Assembly: GCA_038061735.1 (NCBI GenBank)
Contig: JBBTYO010000011.1
Coordinates: 693 to 64,692, forward strand
DNA length: 64,000 nt
Direction: 5' to 3'
Origin: Patescibacteria group bacterium
GTDB taxonomy: Bacteria; Patescibacteriota; Microgenomatia; UBA1406; GWC2-37-13
Shown: piece after piece, positions 1 through 10,791 of the stretch
Layout of the letters: each line of letters begins with the position of its first letter
Position numbering within the stretch: the first letter of the stretch is position 1
The notes under the pieces: model-generated
What the model was told of the DNA's origin: nothing
Seen by the model: only the letters and a program-made list of their open reading frames with translations
Databases searched by the model: none
Position numbers and translations under genes: made by a program

Positions 1-385
1 ATTTTTACGTTATCAACAAGTTAAGGCAGACAAGCTTGAGTTACTTCTAAATCTCGAGCCTATAGATGAGTTTAGTGAAGTTGTTGTTGAAGAAAGAGCC
101 TATGATAAGGCCAGTTTTTTAACGACTCGTTTAAAGGATTTAATCCCCCGTCAACAATATGAAGTAAAGATTCAAGCAAAATATAAAGGAAAAATAATTG
201 CCTCGTCCCGATTGGCTCCGTTTAGAAAGGATGTTTTAATTAAAAGTGGGAAATTAGTCGGTGGTGGAGACTTTGGACGTAAACGAAAACTTTTGGACAA
301 ACAAAAAGAAGGGAAGAAAAAGATGAAGTTGATCGGCAAAGTCGAAATCCCAAAAGAAGCGTTTATGAAGTTGTTTAAAAGGTAA
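1..385 (+). CDS. lepA: Elongation factor 4 (LepA), 3' end only
   Basis: Frame 2 reads ...IPRQQYEVKIQA...APFRKDVL...GGGDFGRKRKLLDKQKEGKKKMKLIGKVEIPKEAF*, the LepA C-terminal domain; TAA at 383-385. Confidence 0.93.
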   Translation, partial: FLRYQQVKADKLELLLNLEPIDEFSEVVVEERAYDKASFLTTRLKDLIPRQQYEVKIQAKYKGKIIASSRLAPFRKDVLIKSGKLVGGGDFGRKRKLLDKQKEGKKKMKLIGKVEIPKEAFMKLFKR

Positions 386-432
386 ATTATTATGCGATGA
401 ATCGCACCACTACTAATTTGACAATCTAAAAA

Positions 433-666
433 TTAGAATTGAGGTAAATTGTATTTTCTATTAAAATCAGCCTGTCTAACCTTATCTGCAAGAGGCGCTT
501 TTTCTTCATGTAATTTTTGATTTCTAATATATTTATCATATCCAGGAATAAGTAAATTCAAAGATTCTGGAGTTAATTTATTTAGAATTATTAAAAAATT
601 TAATCGAAATAAGTTTAATTTGTCAAAATTTCTTTTGGGACGACTCTGTTTATTTTCATTACTCAT
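433..666 (-). CDS. Small hypothetical protein (77 aa)
   Basis: ATG at 666 (MSNENKQSRP...); the longer track ORF starts inside a repeat. Confidence 0.5.
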   Translation of the reverse strand: MSNENKQSRPKRNFDKLNLFRLNFLIILNKLTPESLNLLIPGYDKYIRNQKLHEEKAPLADKVRQADFNRKYNLPQF

Positions 667-737
667 AAACAGAATTGTACTTCTTCTTCTTCTTAATGTC
701 AAACGATTTTGCTGGATCAATAAGCTAATCAACTCAA

Positions 738-826
738 TGTCATTCCCGCGTAGGCGGGAATCCAAGCGAAATATTCATTTTAAAAATGTGATTATAGACT
801 GGATCCCCTTCTTCAAGGGAATGACA
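738..826. repeat. REP-like inverted doublet (empty element)
   Basis: TGTCATTCCCGCGTAGGCGGGAATCCA (738-764) and TGGATCCCCTTCTTCAAGGGAATGACA (800-826). Confidence 0.95.
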
Positions 827-842
827 ATGTTAATTAACAAAT

Positions 843-1757
843 TTAGTTATTTTTTAATTCTTTCTGTTGTATCTGAGAAATTTTATAAATCCCAAACAAA
901 AGTATTGCTCCAGCTAGATACTGAGTTGGTGCAAGGAAACTTTTATACAAAGTGGCATCGATAAAAACTGCTAAGAGTGGATATACAAGTTCAAGGATTG
1001 TTGACACATTTGCCTGGACTTTTTTCAAACCGCGGTAATAAATGGCAACCGAAACCATTCCCGTTGAAACGGCAATCAATAGAAAACGGCTCAACTGTGA
1101 AAATGTAGGTGAAGCAAGACTTTTACTTTGACCAAGAACAAAAACCATTCCCAATGCCAAAATACTGGTTAGCACAAACCGTAGACTGGTTACATATATG
1201 CTTGGCCTTTTAACAAGGGCAAGCTTCGAAAAAGCTGTTGAAGATCCCCAAGCAAAAGCGGCTCCCAACGCATATAAAGCTGCGATGACCGTACCGGTCC
1301 CGGTTGCGAGATTAACGTAACCATTTTTAAACGTGACAAAATATGCAGCGACTAAAGCTAGAACAGCCCATTTAATGTAGGATTTTGTAATTTTTTCTTT
1401 AAGCACAATTGCGGCAGCTGAAATTGCAAAAATTGGCTGTAATTTTTGGATAAGATAGACAACGCTAAAAGAAATAAAACTAGTTTTTAGAAGAGCGGTT
1501 GTGAACCACAACGTCCCCAATACCCCGCTGAACATGGAAATAAAAAGAAGCAAAAAAAATTCTTTTCTAGTGAGGCCTTCTTTACTAAAAGTTTTAATAA
1601 GATATGGAAGAAGAATGACCGCTCCAAATAGGTGTTCGTAGAAAACTATTGTAATTGACGGCAATGAATAAAGACTTCTTCTGATAATTCCATCAAGAGC
1701 CCATAATGACGCGGCGATAATAATTAACAAGGGTCCGTAGCTTAAAAATTTACGCAT
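843..1757 (-). CDS. EamA/DMT family transporter, putative riboflavin/flavin uptake
   Basis: About 10 TM helices, two EamA-like repeats; likely start MRKFLSYG at 1757; downstream of an FMN-type riboswitch. Confidence 0.85.
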   Translation of the reverse strand: MRKFLSYGPLLIIIAASLWALDGIIRRSLYSLPSITIVFYEHLFGAVILLPYLIKTFSKEGLTRKEFFLLLFISMFSGVLGTLWFTTALLKTSFISFSVVYLIQKLQPIFAISAAAIVLKEKITKSYIKWAVLALVAAYFVTFKNGYVNLATGTGTVIAALYALGAAFAWGSSTAFSKLALVKRPSIYVTSLRFVLTSILALGMVFVLGQSKSLASPTFSQLSRFLLIAVSTGMVSVAIYYRGLKKVQANVSTILELVYPLLAVFIDATLYKSFLAPTQYLAGAILLFGIYKISQIQQKELKNN

Positions 1758-1810
1758 AGAAATAAAAAAATTAATAATATTCGGGGTGAAGAAGAAAGAA
1801 AAAGAATATA

Positions 1811-1836
1811 ACAAAACAGGCTTTATAAAAAAGCCT
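1811..1836 (-). terminator. Riboswitch expression-platform terminator
   Basis: Minus strand AGGCTTT-loop-AAAGCCT followed by GTTTTGT, just 3' of the aptamer. Confidence 0.55.
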
Positions 1837-1844
1837 TTATCCTT

Positions 1845-1963
1845 TCCTTCTTTCCTCCCGACTGTACGGTCGCTGTAGGAGTTACACCTACTCATGCTCG
1901 GTTATTCACCAAAGCTCGAAGAGTATACTTCCGATTGTGATTCGCACACTTAACCCCGAAGGA
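1845..1963 (-). ncRNA. FMN (RFN element) riboswitch, divergent
   Basis: Minus strand TCCTTCGGGG...CGAGC...GTAGGTGTAACTCCTACAGCGACCGTACAGTCGGGAGGAAAGAAGGA; P1 TCCTTC/GAAGGA, T-loop hairpin and CCG-TACAGT-CGG P6; lies between a transporter and a riboflavin kinase. Confidence 0.8.
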
Positions 1964-1968
1964 ACAAT

Positions 1969-2005
1969 TTGAAATATTATACTATTTTAATTAAAATAAA
2001 GTCAA
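1969..2005. promoter_or_regulatory. Overlapping divergent sigma70-type promoters
   Basis: Plus strand TTGAAA-N17-TAAAAT, 7 nt before ATG 2005; minus strand TTGACT-N18-TATAAT upstream of the riboswitch. Confidence 0.6.
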
Positions 2006-2391
2006 TGAAATTTGAAAGCACCCATATAACAGGAAAAGGCCGTGGCAAACCAATGGGGTTTCCAACAATTAATTTAAAGATTCTGGAAAATTTCGAATTA
2101 AAGAATGGAATCTATGCGGCCAAAGTAATAATTGAAGATAAAGTTTTTCAGGGAGCATTACATTATGGTCCGGTACCGACTTTTGGAGATCTGCAAAAAA
2201 GTTTAGAAATTTATTTAATCGAGATAACAAATGAGGATTTAATAAATCACGGTTTAGAAAAATTAGATGGAAAAATTATCAAAATAGAAATAATAAAATT
2301 TTTAAGAGATATAATTAAGTTTAAATTAGTGGAAGATTTGGTTAGACAGATAGAAACAGACGTAAAAGAAATAAAACTGTTGAATATTTAG
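2005..2391 (+). CDS. Stand-alone riboflavin kinase (kinase domain of RibF)
   Basis: GKGRGKPMGFPTINL, GIYAA, GPVPTF, LEIYL, FLRDIIKF motifs; no FAD synthetase domain. Confidence 0.88.
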   Translation: MKFESTHITGKGRGKPMGFPTINLKILENFELKNGIYAAKVIIEDKVFQGALHYGPVPTFGDLQKSLEIYLIEITNEDLINHGLEKLDGKIIKIEIIKFLRDIIKFKLVEDLVRQIETDVKEIKLLNI

Positions 2392-2392
2392 C

Positions 2393-2593
2393 TTATGTCG
2401 ATCGGGGACCTCCTTTAATGGTGCCTCTGTTGTCACCTCTGCTGTCATGAGCAGTTCTTGGTAATCTGTCTTGTTTTGTTATTGGTTTTTTAAATAACAA
2501 ATCAAAACCTAACCATGACACAGCCGGTAGTCCAAAAATACACAACAAAGGAAGCCCATATTCCAAAAACAATTCAGTTAATTTAGCTTCCAT
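2393..2593 (-). CDS. Small hypothetical membrane protein
   Basis: 66 aa with one hydrophobic segment; abuts the miaA stop. Confidence 0.55.
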   Translation of the reverse strand: MEAKLTELFLEYGLPLLCIFGLPAVSWLGFDLLFKKPITKQDRLPRTAHDSRGDNRGTIKGGPRST

Positions 2594-3427
2594 CTATATT
2601 TCTTTCCAACTTATATTTTTATCCTTCTTCATAAATGTCAACTGACGTTTAGCATATTGTACCTCTTTATTGACCCAATCATCAATAGCTTTTTCTTTTG
2701 TTAACTCTTTATTCAAATATTTAATTATTTGTTGATAGCCGATCGTTTTTAATCCTGGATCAGTTTCTTTATAACCTACCTTCAAAAGTTTTTCTACTTC
2801 TTCAACGGCTCCGTTATTTAATCTCTTCTCCACTCTTTTTTTAATCACCTGACGGAGCTTAGACTTATTTTTATATCTCAAGCCGATGAAGACTACAGGG
2901 TCAGTCCTTTTAAGGACTGACCTTATAAGGATAGTCCCTTTTGGGTTTGTTGTGATTTCAATCTTTCGAATAAGCCTCCGGGGATTATTGACATCGCTAT
3001 TATTCAATCGATTAAACGATTGAAGTGAGAGTTTTTTTAAAATATCTTGAAGTTCTTTGACAGATTTATTATTTAATTTTTCCCGTAGTTTAAAATCAGG
3101 GGGTACACTATCATCAATCCCATAGAGAAAATGTTTTAGATAAAGATATGTCCCGCCAACTAATATTGGAGTTTTACCTCGTTTTTTTATGTCTTTAATT
3201 ATGGGTGTTACATGCTTTACAAAATCAAATGAAGAAAAGTATTGATCAGGAGTAACAACATCATAAAGCCAAATTTTTGTTTTCGGTATATCTTTACCTG
3301 TTATGATATCAAGATATTTATAAATTTGACGGGAGTCGAAGTTAATTAATTCTCCGTTGTGTTTTTGGGCAAGTTCCAAAGCAAGTTTTGTTTTTCCAGT
3401 CGCAGTCTGACCAGTTATTATGATCAT
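2594..3427 (-). CDS. miaA: tRNA dimethylallyltransferase
   Basis: GQTATGKT, DSRQIY, VGGTYLY, YAKRQ motifs. Confidence 0.95.
   Translation of the reverse strand: MIIITGQTATGKTKLALELAQKHNGELINFDSRQIYKYLDIITGKDIPKTKIWLYDVVTPDQYFSSFDFVKHVTPIIKDIKKRGKTPILVGGTYLYLKHFLYGIDDSVPPDFKLREKLNNKSVKELQDILKKLSLQSFNRLNNSDVNNPRRLIRKIEITTNPKGTILIRSVLKRTDPVVFIGLRYKNKSKLRQVIKKRVEKRLNNGAVEEVEKLLKVGYKETDPGLKTIGYQQIIKYLNKELTKEKAIDDWVNKEVQYAKRQLTFMKKDKNISWKEI
2897..2940. repeat. Triple AAGG-N5-CCTT palindrome unit, inside miaA
   Basis: Reverse complement AAGGGACTATCCTTATAAGGTCAGTCCTTAAAAGGACTGACCCT resembles 56917-56960. Confidence 0.75.
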
Positions 3428-4284
3428 TCTTGCATCTTGGCAGCGTCGATCAGATTTTTGTAAAGATAGACGACGTCAATCGGCCCACTACCCCCCGGAG
3501 TTGGAGTATAGTAAGACGCAATATCCTTGATATCCTTTTCTTCATAATCTCCTTTCAATTTTCCATTTTCTTTTCGGACACCGGTATTAATCAAAACAAC
3601 GCCAGGTTTTAACATTTCCGGTCCAATTACTTTTTTTCCAGTTGCGGTGATAATTAAATCAGCGGTTTTAAAATAAGATTCGGGGTCAACAGTCGTTGAA
3701 TTAATACTAATGTAATTTACATTAAGATTACCGAGAGTTTTTCCAATTGGCATTCCTCCAGTCATACCCCGGCCAACAATGACTACTTTTTTACTTTTAA
3801 GAATATTTTTGAAAAGTATTCGATTTTTTTTCATATCAACAAAAACTATATCCTGTTTTCTTTTGCCATTGTAGATATATTTAATGATCGTCATAACGGC
3901 CAGTCCAAGCGGGAAAATAAACTCCGTTTTTTTTCTATGACCTTCAATCTCTTTTAATAATGGAATATAATCGTAGATACTGTCTGTCGAAAGTTGAGCA
4001 GGAAGAGGTTGCTGGATTATGATTCCGGTTACGTCTTTGTTAAAGACCTCTTTTTTTAATAAATTAGCAAAATCAATAAAATTGGGAGTTTGTGTCAAAT
4101 GAATTAATTTAAAATCTACCTTAAGAGCTTTAGCCATTTCAGATTTTATTTTTACAAAAGAAAGTTGTTCTGGGGCGCTACCGACTAAAAATACTGATAG
4201 TCCAACCCTCTTCTTTATTGTTTTGCGCTCCTTTTTAAGTATCGCAAGAAGATTGTTTGCGATTTTCTTACCATCAATAAACAT
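3424..4284 (-). CDS. folD: Methylenetetrahydrofolate dehydrogenase/cyclohydrolase
   Basis: IDGKKIA, GIIIQQPLP, VIVGRG, TPTPGGSGP. Confidence 0.9.
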   Translation of the reverse strand: MFIDGKKIANNLLAILKKERKTIKKRVGLSVFLVGSAPEQLSFVKIKSEMAKALKVDFKLIHLTQTPNFIDFANLLKKEVFNKDVTGIIIQQPLPAQLSTDSIYDYIPLLKEIEGHRKKTEFIFPLGLAVMTIIKYIYNGKRKQDIVFVDMKKNRILFKNILKSKKVVIVGRGMTGGMPIGKTLGNLNVNYISINSTTVDPESYFKTADLIITATGKKVIGPEMLKPGVVLINTGVRKENGKLKGDYEEKDIKDIASYYTPTPGGSGPIDVVYLYKNLIDAAKMQE

Positions 4285-4304
4285 GGTATCAATTATACCA
4301 TATT

Positions 4305-6809
4305 TTATACACTGGTGGCACTGACAATTCGATCTGCTTTTTCGGAGAATCTCATCAATATGACGCCTTTTGCGGTTCGTGACCGTGAAGGAATGCTACT
4401 TATATCCATTTTGACGATCTGACCTAAAGCACTGGTTATTATGATTGTGGTATCTTCAGGTTCAATAATTTCAGAAAAAGCTACTGAACCAATTTTTTTA
4501 TCAACAGAAGTGATTTTAACTCCCTTGCCACCTCTATGTTGCCCTTTAAAATTAGATAGTTTAGTTTTTTTCCCTATTCCCCTCTCGGTTAGTACTAAAA
4601 TATCCTTTTTAAACTCTGCATCCGAAAAAACATCAGCCGCGATGACCTCATGATCAACGGAGGGTTCTATATCCATTCCTTTAACACCAATTGAAGCCCG
4701 TCCGGTTGATCTAATTTCTTTTTCTTTGAAAACGATCGCTTTGCCATTTTTTGAAGCTAAAATAACATTTTTGGTCCCGTCAGTCAACTTAACCCAAAGA
4801 AGTTCATCACCTTTTTCCAAACGAATAGCTATAATGCCGTTGGTTCGGATGTTAATATAGTCTTCAAAAGATGATTTTTTAACAGTTCCGTACTTTGTTG
4901 ACATGATCACAAACATACTTTTAGCTTTATCCATCGTTTCTACACTATAGCTAAGTATTGAAGTTATTTTTTCTTCCGGCTTAAGGGCGACGAGATTAAT
5001 GATAGCTTTACCTTTGGAAATACGTGATCCAACAGGCACATCCCAAACTCGTGTTTGAAAGACTCGACCCTGGTTACTAAAGAAGAGCATATAATCATGA
5101 GTCATTGCCGTGGTTATATAATATACATTATCAGTATCTTTTGTTTCCATTCCAGAGACTCCTTTGCCACCCCGATGTTGTAATCGGAAAGTTTCTCGAG
5201 GAATTTGTTTGATGTAGCCTTCTTTAGTTAGAACAACAATTACTTCTTTATTTTCAATCAACTGTTCGTCAGTAATTTCGCCAGGTTTGAATTTCATCAC
5301 CTGAGTTCGGCGCTCGTCTCCATATTTAGTTTTTAAATACAATATTTCTTCCTTGATAACTTTAAGAATTTTGAAAATATCTTTAAGTAAACTTTCCAAA
5401 TAAGAGATAGTTTCTTTAAGAAGGGCTAACTCGTCTTCTATTTTATTTCTTTCCAAACCAGTCAAACGTCTTAACTGCATTTCCATAATTGCCTGTGCCT
5501 GAAGTAGAGATAATCCAAATTTCTTCATCAATTTTTCTTTGGCTTCTGGTTCGTCTTTGGATTTCTTAATCACCGCAATCACTTCGTCAATATGATCAAG
5601 AGCGATTAGGTACCCTTCTAAAATATGAGCTCTTGCTTTGGCTTCGGCCAGTTCATATTCAGATCTTTTTACAATTACCTCAACTCTATTTCTAATGTAA
5701 ATTTCCAAAATTGTTTTAAGAGATAGTGTTTGTGGGACGCCATCAACAAGAGCCACGATATTAACGGGAAAAGAAGTTTGTAGATTTGTAAATTTAAAAA
5801 GATTATTTAATACTTTTTTATACGAAGCATCTTTTTTCAGTTCAATCACGACTCGAATTCCATCCCGATCAGACTCGTCGCGCAGATCTGAAATGCCAAC
5901 AATTTTTTTATCATTAACTAAGTTGGCGATCTTTTCAACCAACAAAGCTTTGTTCACCTGATAAGGAAGTTCATTCACTATGATAGCCATCTTACCTTTG
6001 CCCATGTCCTCATCGGTTACGCGAGCCCGCATCATTATCGATTTTCTTCCGGTCGCATACATTTCTTTAATATCTGAGGCTCCGTAGATAAGGCCGGCAG
6101 TTGGAAAATCTGGACCTTTAACAAAGGTCAGCAAATCTTCCAAAGTGGTATTAAACATTAATTCTTTTACATCTTCCATTGGTGATTTTTTAGCTTTTTT
6201 TTCTTCACCTAATTTCGCCTTATCAATCATAAAAACAAGAGCGTCAACTAATTCTGTTAAGTTATGTGGTGGAATTTTTGTTGCCATACCGACGGCAATT
6301 CCTTCAGCGCCCATAAGTAAAAGATTTGGAAGTTTGGCCGGTAAATAAACAGGTTCTTTTAAAGACCCATCAAAGTTGTCAATAAAAGGGGTTGTCTCTT
6401 TTTCAATATCGGTGACCATTTCGTCGGAAATCTTAGCCAGTTTGACTTCGGTATAACGCATGGCCGCTGGCGGATCACCGTCAATTGATCCGAAGTTACC
6501 CTGACCTTTGATTAAGGGATAACGCATGGAAAAAGTTTGAGCTAAACGGGCGAGAGCTTCATAGACCGAAGAGTCACCATGAGGATGATACTTTCCTAAC
6601 ACTTCTCCAACAACTTTTGCTGATTTAGAAAAACGGGCACTTGATGTCAAACCCAATTTATACATAGCATAAAGAATCCGGCGGTGAACTGGTTTTAAAC
6701 CGTCGCGAACATCGGGAAGAGCGCGTGAAACGATGACAGACATTGCATAATCTAAATATGCACGTTTCATTTCGGCATTTATTTCGGTCACCTGAACGTT
6801 GTTTGCCAT
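4305..6809 (-). CDS. gyrA: DNA gyrase subunit A
   Basis: [22 protein letters not shown], GyrA-box QHRGGKG. Confidence 0.98.
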   Translation of the reverse strand: MANNVQVTEINAEMKRAYLDYAMSVIVSRALPDVRDGLKPVHRRILYAMYKLGLTSSARFSKSAKVVGEVLGKYHPHGDSSVYEALARLAQTFSMRYPLIKGQGNFGSIDGDPPAAMRYTEVKLAKISDEMVTDIEKETTPFIDNFDGSLKEPVYLPAKLPNLLLMGAEGIAVGMATKIPPHNLTELVDALVFMIDKAKLGEEKKAKKSPMEDVKELMFNTTLEDLLTFVKGPDFPTAGLIYGASDIKEMYATGRKSIMMRARVTDEDMGKGKMAIIVNELPYQVNKALLVEKIANLVNDKKIVGISDLRDESDRDGIRVVIELKKDASYKKVLNNLFKFTNLQTSFPVNIVALVDGVPQTLSLKTILEIYIRNRVEVIVKRSEYELAEAKARAHILEGYLIALDHIDEVIAVIKKSKDEPEAKEKLMKKFGLSLLQAQAIMEMQLRRLTGLERNKIEDELALLKETISYLESLLKDIFKILKVIKEEILYLKTKYGDERRTQVMKFKPGEITDEQLIENKEVIVVLTKEGYIKQIPRETFRLQHRGGKGVSGMETKDTDNVYYITTAMTHDYMLFFSNQGRVFQTRVWDVPVGSRISKGKAIINLVALKPEEKITSILSYSVETMDKAKSMFVIMSTKYGTVKKSSFEDYINIRTNGIIAIRLEKGDELLWVKLTDGTKNVILASKNGKAIVFKEKEIRSTGRASIGVKGMDIEPSVDHEVIAADVFSDAEFKKDILVLTERGIGKKTKLSNFKGQHRGGKGVKITSVDKKIGSVAFSEIIEPEDTTIIITSALGQIVKMDISSIPSRSRTAKGVILMRFSEKADRIVSATSV

Positions 6810-6812
6810 AAA

Positions 6813-7325
6813 TTATTTCATTGATTTTTTAATATCTTCGTATGCCTTTTCTTTTCCTAAGAAACTTTTTGTTTTTACCCATTTATTTGGTTCGAGTTCT
6901 TTATAGTGGTTGAAAAAATGTTGAATTTTTTTCTTGGTCATCTCATCTAAATCAGAAATATCGTTAATTTTAGAAAAAAATGGGTCGACTTTTAATGTTG
7001 GAACAGCAATTATTTTTGTGTCAATTCCCGCCTCGTCTTCCATTTCAAGCATCCCGATGGGTCTACTCGGGATAACAGTTCCAGGGGCTACAGAATAACT
7101 TGAAATAACCAACACATCTGTTGGATCGCCGTCTTCGGCTTTAGTACCTGGAATAAATCCATAGTTAAATGGGTAGAACATCGCTGTAAAATTAAAACGA
7201 TCAACCATAACTACTCCAGAATCTTTATCTAGTTCATATTTTATTGAAGATCCTTGCGGGATTTCAATAAATACGTTTACCTCTTCCGGGACGTTTTTGC
7301 CTGCTGAAAGTTTATTTATGTTCAT
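6813..7325 (-). CDS. ppa: Family I inorganic pyrophosphatase
   Basis: [33 protein letters not shown]; ATG at 7325. Confidence 0.96.
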   Translation of the reverse strand: MNINKLSAGKNVPEEVNVFIEIPQGSSIKYELDKDSGVVMVDRFNFTAMFYPFNYGFIPGTKAEDGDPTDVLVISSYSVAPGTVIPSRPIGMLEMEDEAGIDTKIIAVPTLKVDPFFSKINDISDLDEMTKKKIQHFFNHYKELEPNKWVKTKSFLGKEKAYEDIKKSMK

Positions 7326-7350
7326 ATAAATATTATAAAAAATTTTTAAC

Positions 7351-7392
7351 AAGGACTGTCCTTATGTTGAGTCGCTGACAAGGACAGACCTT
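7351..7392. repeat. Pair of AAGGAC-N-G(T/A)CCTT palindromes
   Basis: AAGGACTGTCCTT (7351-7363) and AAGGACAGACCTT (7380-7392) between gyrB and ppa. Confidence 0.7.
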
Positions 7393-7395
7393 TAT

Positions 7396-9342
<1,947 letters not shown>

Positions 9343-9401
9343 TTATACCAAACACCACTTCCTTGCCCCGCCTTGGAAAGCGGGGCTAGATTAATAAAAA
9401 T

Positions 9402-9791
9402 TTACTTTAATTCTACTTTTCCACCGGCTGTTTCAACTTTTTTCTTAGCTTCTTCAGCGGCAGGTTTTTTCACATCAACTAACAAATCTTTTGGTGCAGA
9501 CTCTACTAGTTTTTTAGCATCCATGAGTCCTAGATTAGGAAGGATTTCTCGAACGGCTTTGATTACTCCTAATTTATTGTCTCCGGCGGCGGTCAAAACA
9601 ACGGTAAAGCTGGTTTTTTCTTCAGCAGCAGGGGCAGCGCCTCCAGCGACTGGAGCAGCGGCAACTGGCATAGCAGAAACACCAAATTTTTCTTCTAAAT
9701 ATTTGGCGAGTTCCGCCATTTCAACTACTGTCAAAGCTTCGATTTCGGTAGCGATTTTATTTAATTTTTCAGATAATTTTATTTCAGACAT
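9402..9791 (-). CDS. rplL: 50S ribosomal protein L7/L12
   Basis: [26 protein letters not shown]. Confidence 0.97.
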   Translation of the reverse strand: MSEIKLSEKLNKIATEIEALTVVEMAELAKYLEEKFGVSAMPVAAAPVAGGAAPAAEEKTSFTVVLTAAGDNKLGVIKAVREILPNLGLMDAKKLVESAPKDLLVDVKKPAAEEAKKKVETAGGKVELK

Positions 9792-10334
9792 TTATGATTT
9801 CACCTCCCTTGATTTAGCATTCAGAATATACACAAATTTATTAGTATTATATTTCAAAGCATAAACAAATTTACTCATTGGACTTTTCATACTTCCGATG
9901 ATCTTACCCAATAATTCTTCTTTACTTGGTAATTGGGCGATTTGAATAGATTTCTCAGCATCATATATTTTTTTATCCAATATTGCAGACTTAAAGCTGA
10001 CAGTAACATCTTTTTTTGTAAATAGATAGAGTGCTTTTAAACCATCGTACCATTTATCACTTAAAGTCACTAGAGCCGTTGTTTCTTTTAAGGGGAAAAA
10101 TTGTTTTTTAAAATCAATAAAAACTTTATTTTTTAAGGCAATTTTATTAATAGCTTTTTCGAACAAAGTATTTTTAATAACTTTTACCTTTGAATCACTT
10201 TTTAATAGTTCGCGACGTAAAGACTCCAGACTTTGATGTGTGGTTTTACCAATTTTGACAAGTAGAATATTCGGATTTTTTTTAACAATATCTGAAATTA
10301 CCTGAACCTGATTTTTTTTATTAGTGTTTGCCAT
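9792..10334 (-). CDS. rplJ: 50S ribosomal protein L10
   Basis: VIKNTL and IAQLPSKEEL motifs; upstream of rplL. Confidence 0.92.
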   Translation of the reverse strand: MANTNKKNQVQVISDIVKKNPNILLVKIGKTTHQSLESLRRELLKSDSKVKVIKNTLFEKAINKIALKNKVFIDFKKQFFPLKETTALVTLSDKWYDGLKALYLFTKKDVTVSFKSAILDKKIYDAEKSIQIAQLPSKEELLGKIIGSMKSPMSKFVYALKYNTNKFVYILNAKSREVKS

Positions 10335-10417
10335 ATTTTTACCATATCTCGACTATATCGAGTATTTTACCAGGATTTATTTTTATACCTGATTTCTAAG
10401 GTTTTATAATTGTATCA

Positions 10418-10711
10418 TCATTCTCCCAAAAGTTCACGTAAAGATTTTACGTTTTTTTCTTGTTTGTTATCTTTTTGTTTTTTTCCGGCATTGGCACTTT
10501 TATACTTTACCGCAAAGGCTTGTTTTTTCTGGAACGAGTCGACCCGACCTTTTCTATCTAAGAATTTATGTTCTCCGGTATAAAAAGGATGACATTTGTA
10601 GCAGGCCTCAACAGTAATCGTTTGTTTGGTCGATCCGGTCGTAAACGTATTTCTACAAGCACAAACAGCCTGAGCATCTGAATAATAAATTGGATGGATT
10701 TTTGCTTTCAT
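10418..10711 (-). CDS. rpmE: 50S ribosomal protein L31 (zinc-binding type)
   Basis: MKAKIHP, CAC, CYKCHPFYTG. Confidence 0.96.
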   Translation of the reverse strand: MKAKIHPIYYSDAQAVCACRNTFTTGSTKQTITVEACYKCHPFYTGEHKFLDRKGRVDSFQKKQAFAVKYKSANAGKKQKDNKQEKNVKSLRELLGE

Positions 10712-10762
10712 AAGAAAACAATTATATCAGACAAGAAGCCAAATATTCAACGGATTTTTTGA

Positions 10763-10789
10763 TGTCATTCCCGCGCAGGCGGGAATCCA
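10763..10789 (+). repeat. REP-like singlet
   Basis: TGTCATTCCCGCGCAGGCGGGAATCCA; its GACTA flank contains the stop codon of the 10792 gene. Confidence 0.95.
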
Positions 10790-10791
10790 GA

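Noticed and set aside
620-964. 114-aa plus-strand ORF and the [10 protein letters not shown]-terminus of 433..765
   Set aside because: Shadow frames running through the repeat doublet ([17 protein letters not shown]) and overlapping likelier genes.
1758-1895. 46-aa N-terminal extension of the EamA ORF
   Set aside because: It runs through the riboswitch and terminator; ATG 1757 is the better start.
9373-9864. 163-aa plus-strand ORF and other short antisense ORFs in the track
   Set aside because: They are antisense to well-supported housekeeping genes and have no recognisable motifs.
10341-10372. CTCGA-CTATA-TCGAG hairpin upstream of rplJ as an L10 leader
   Set aside because: Too short, and I cannot recognise the kink-turn features of the L10 leader.
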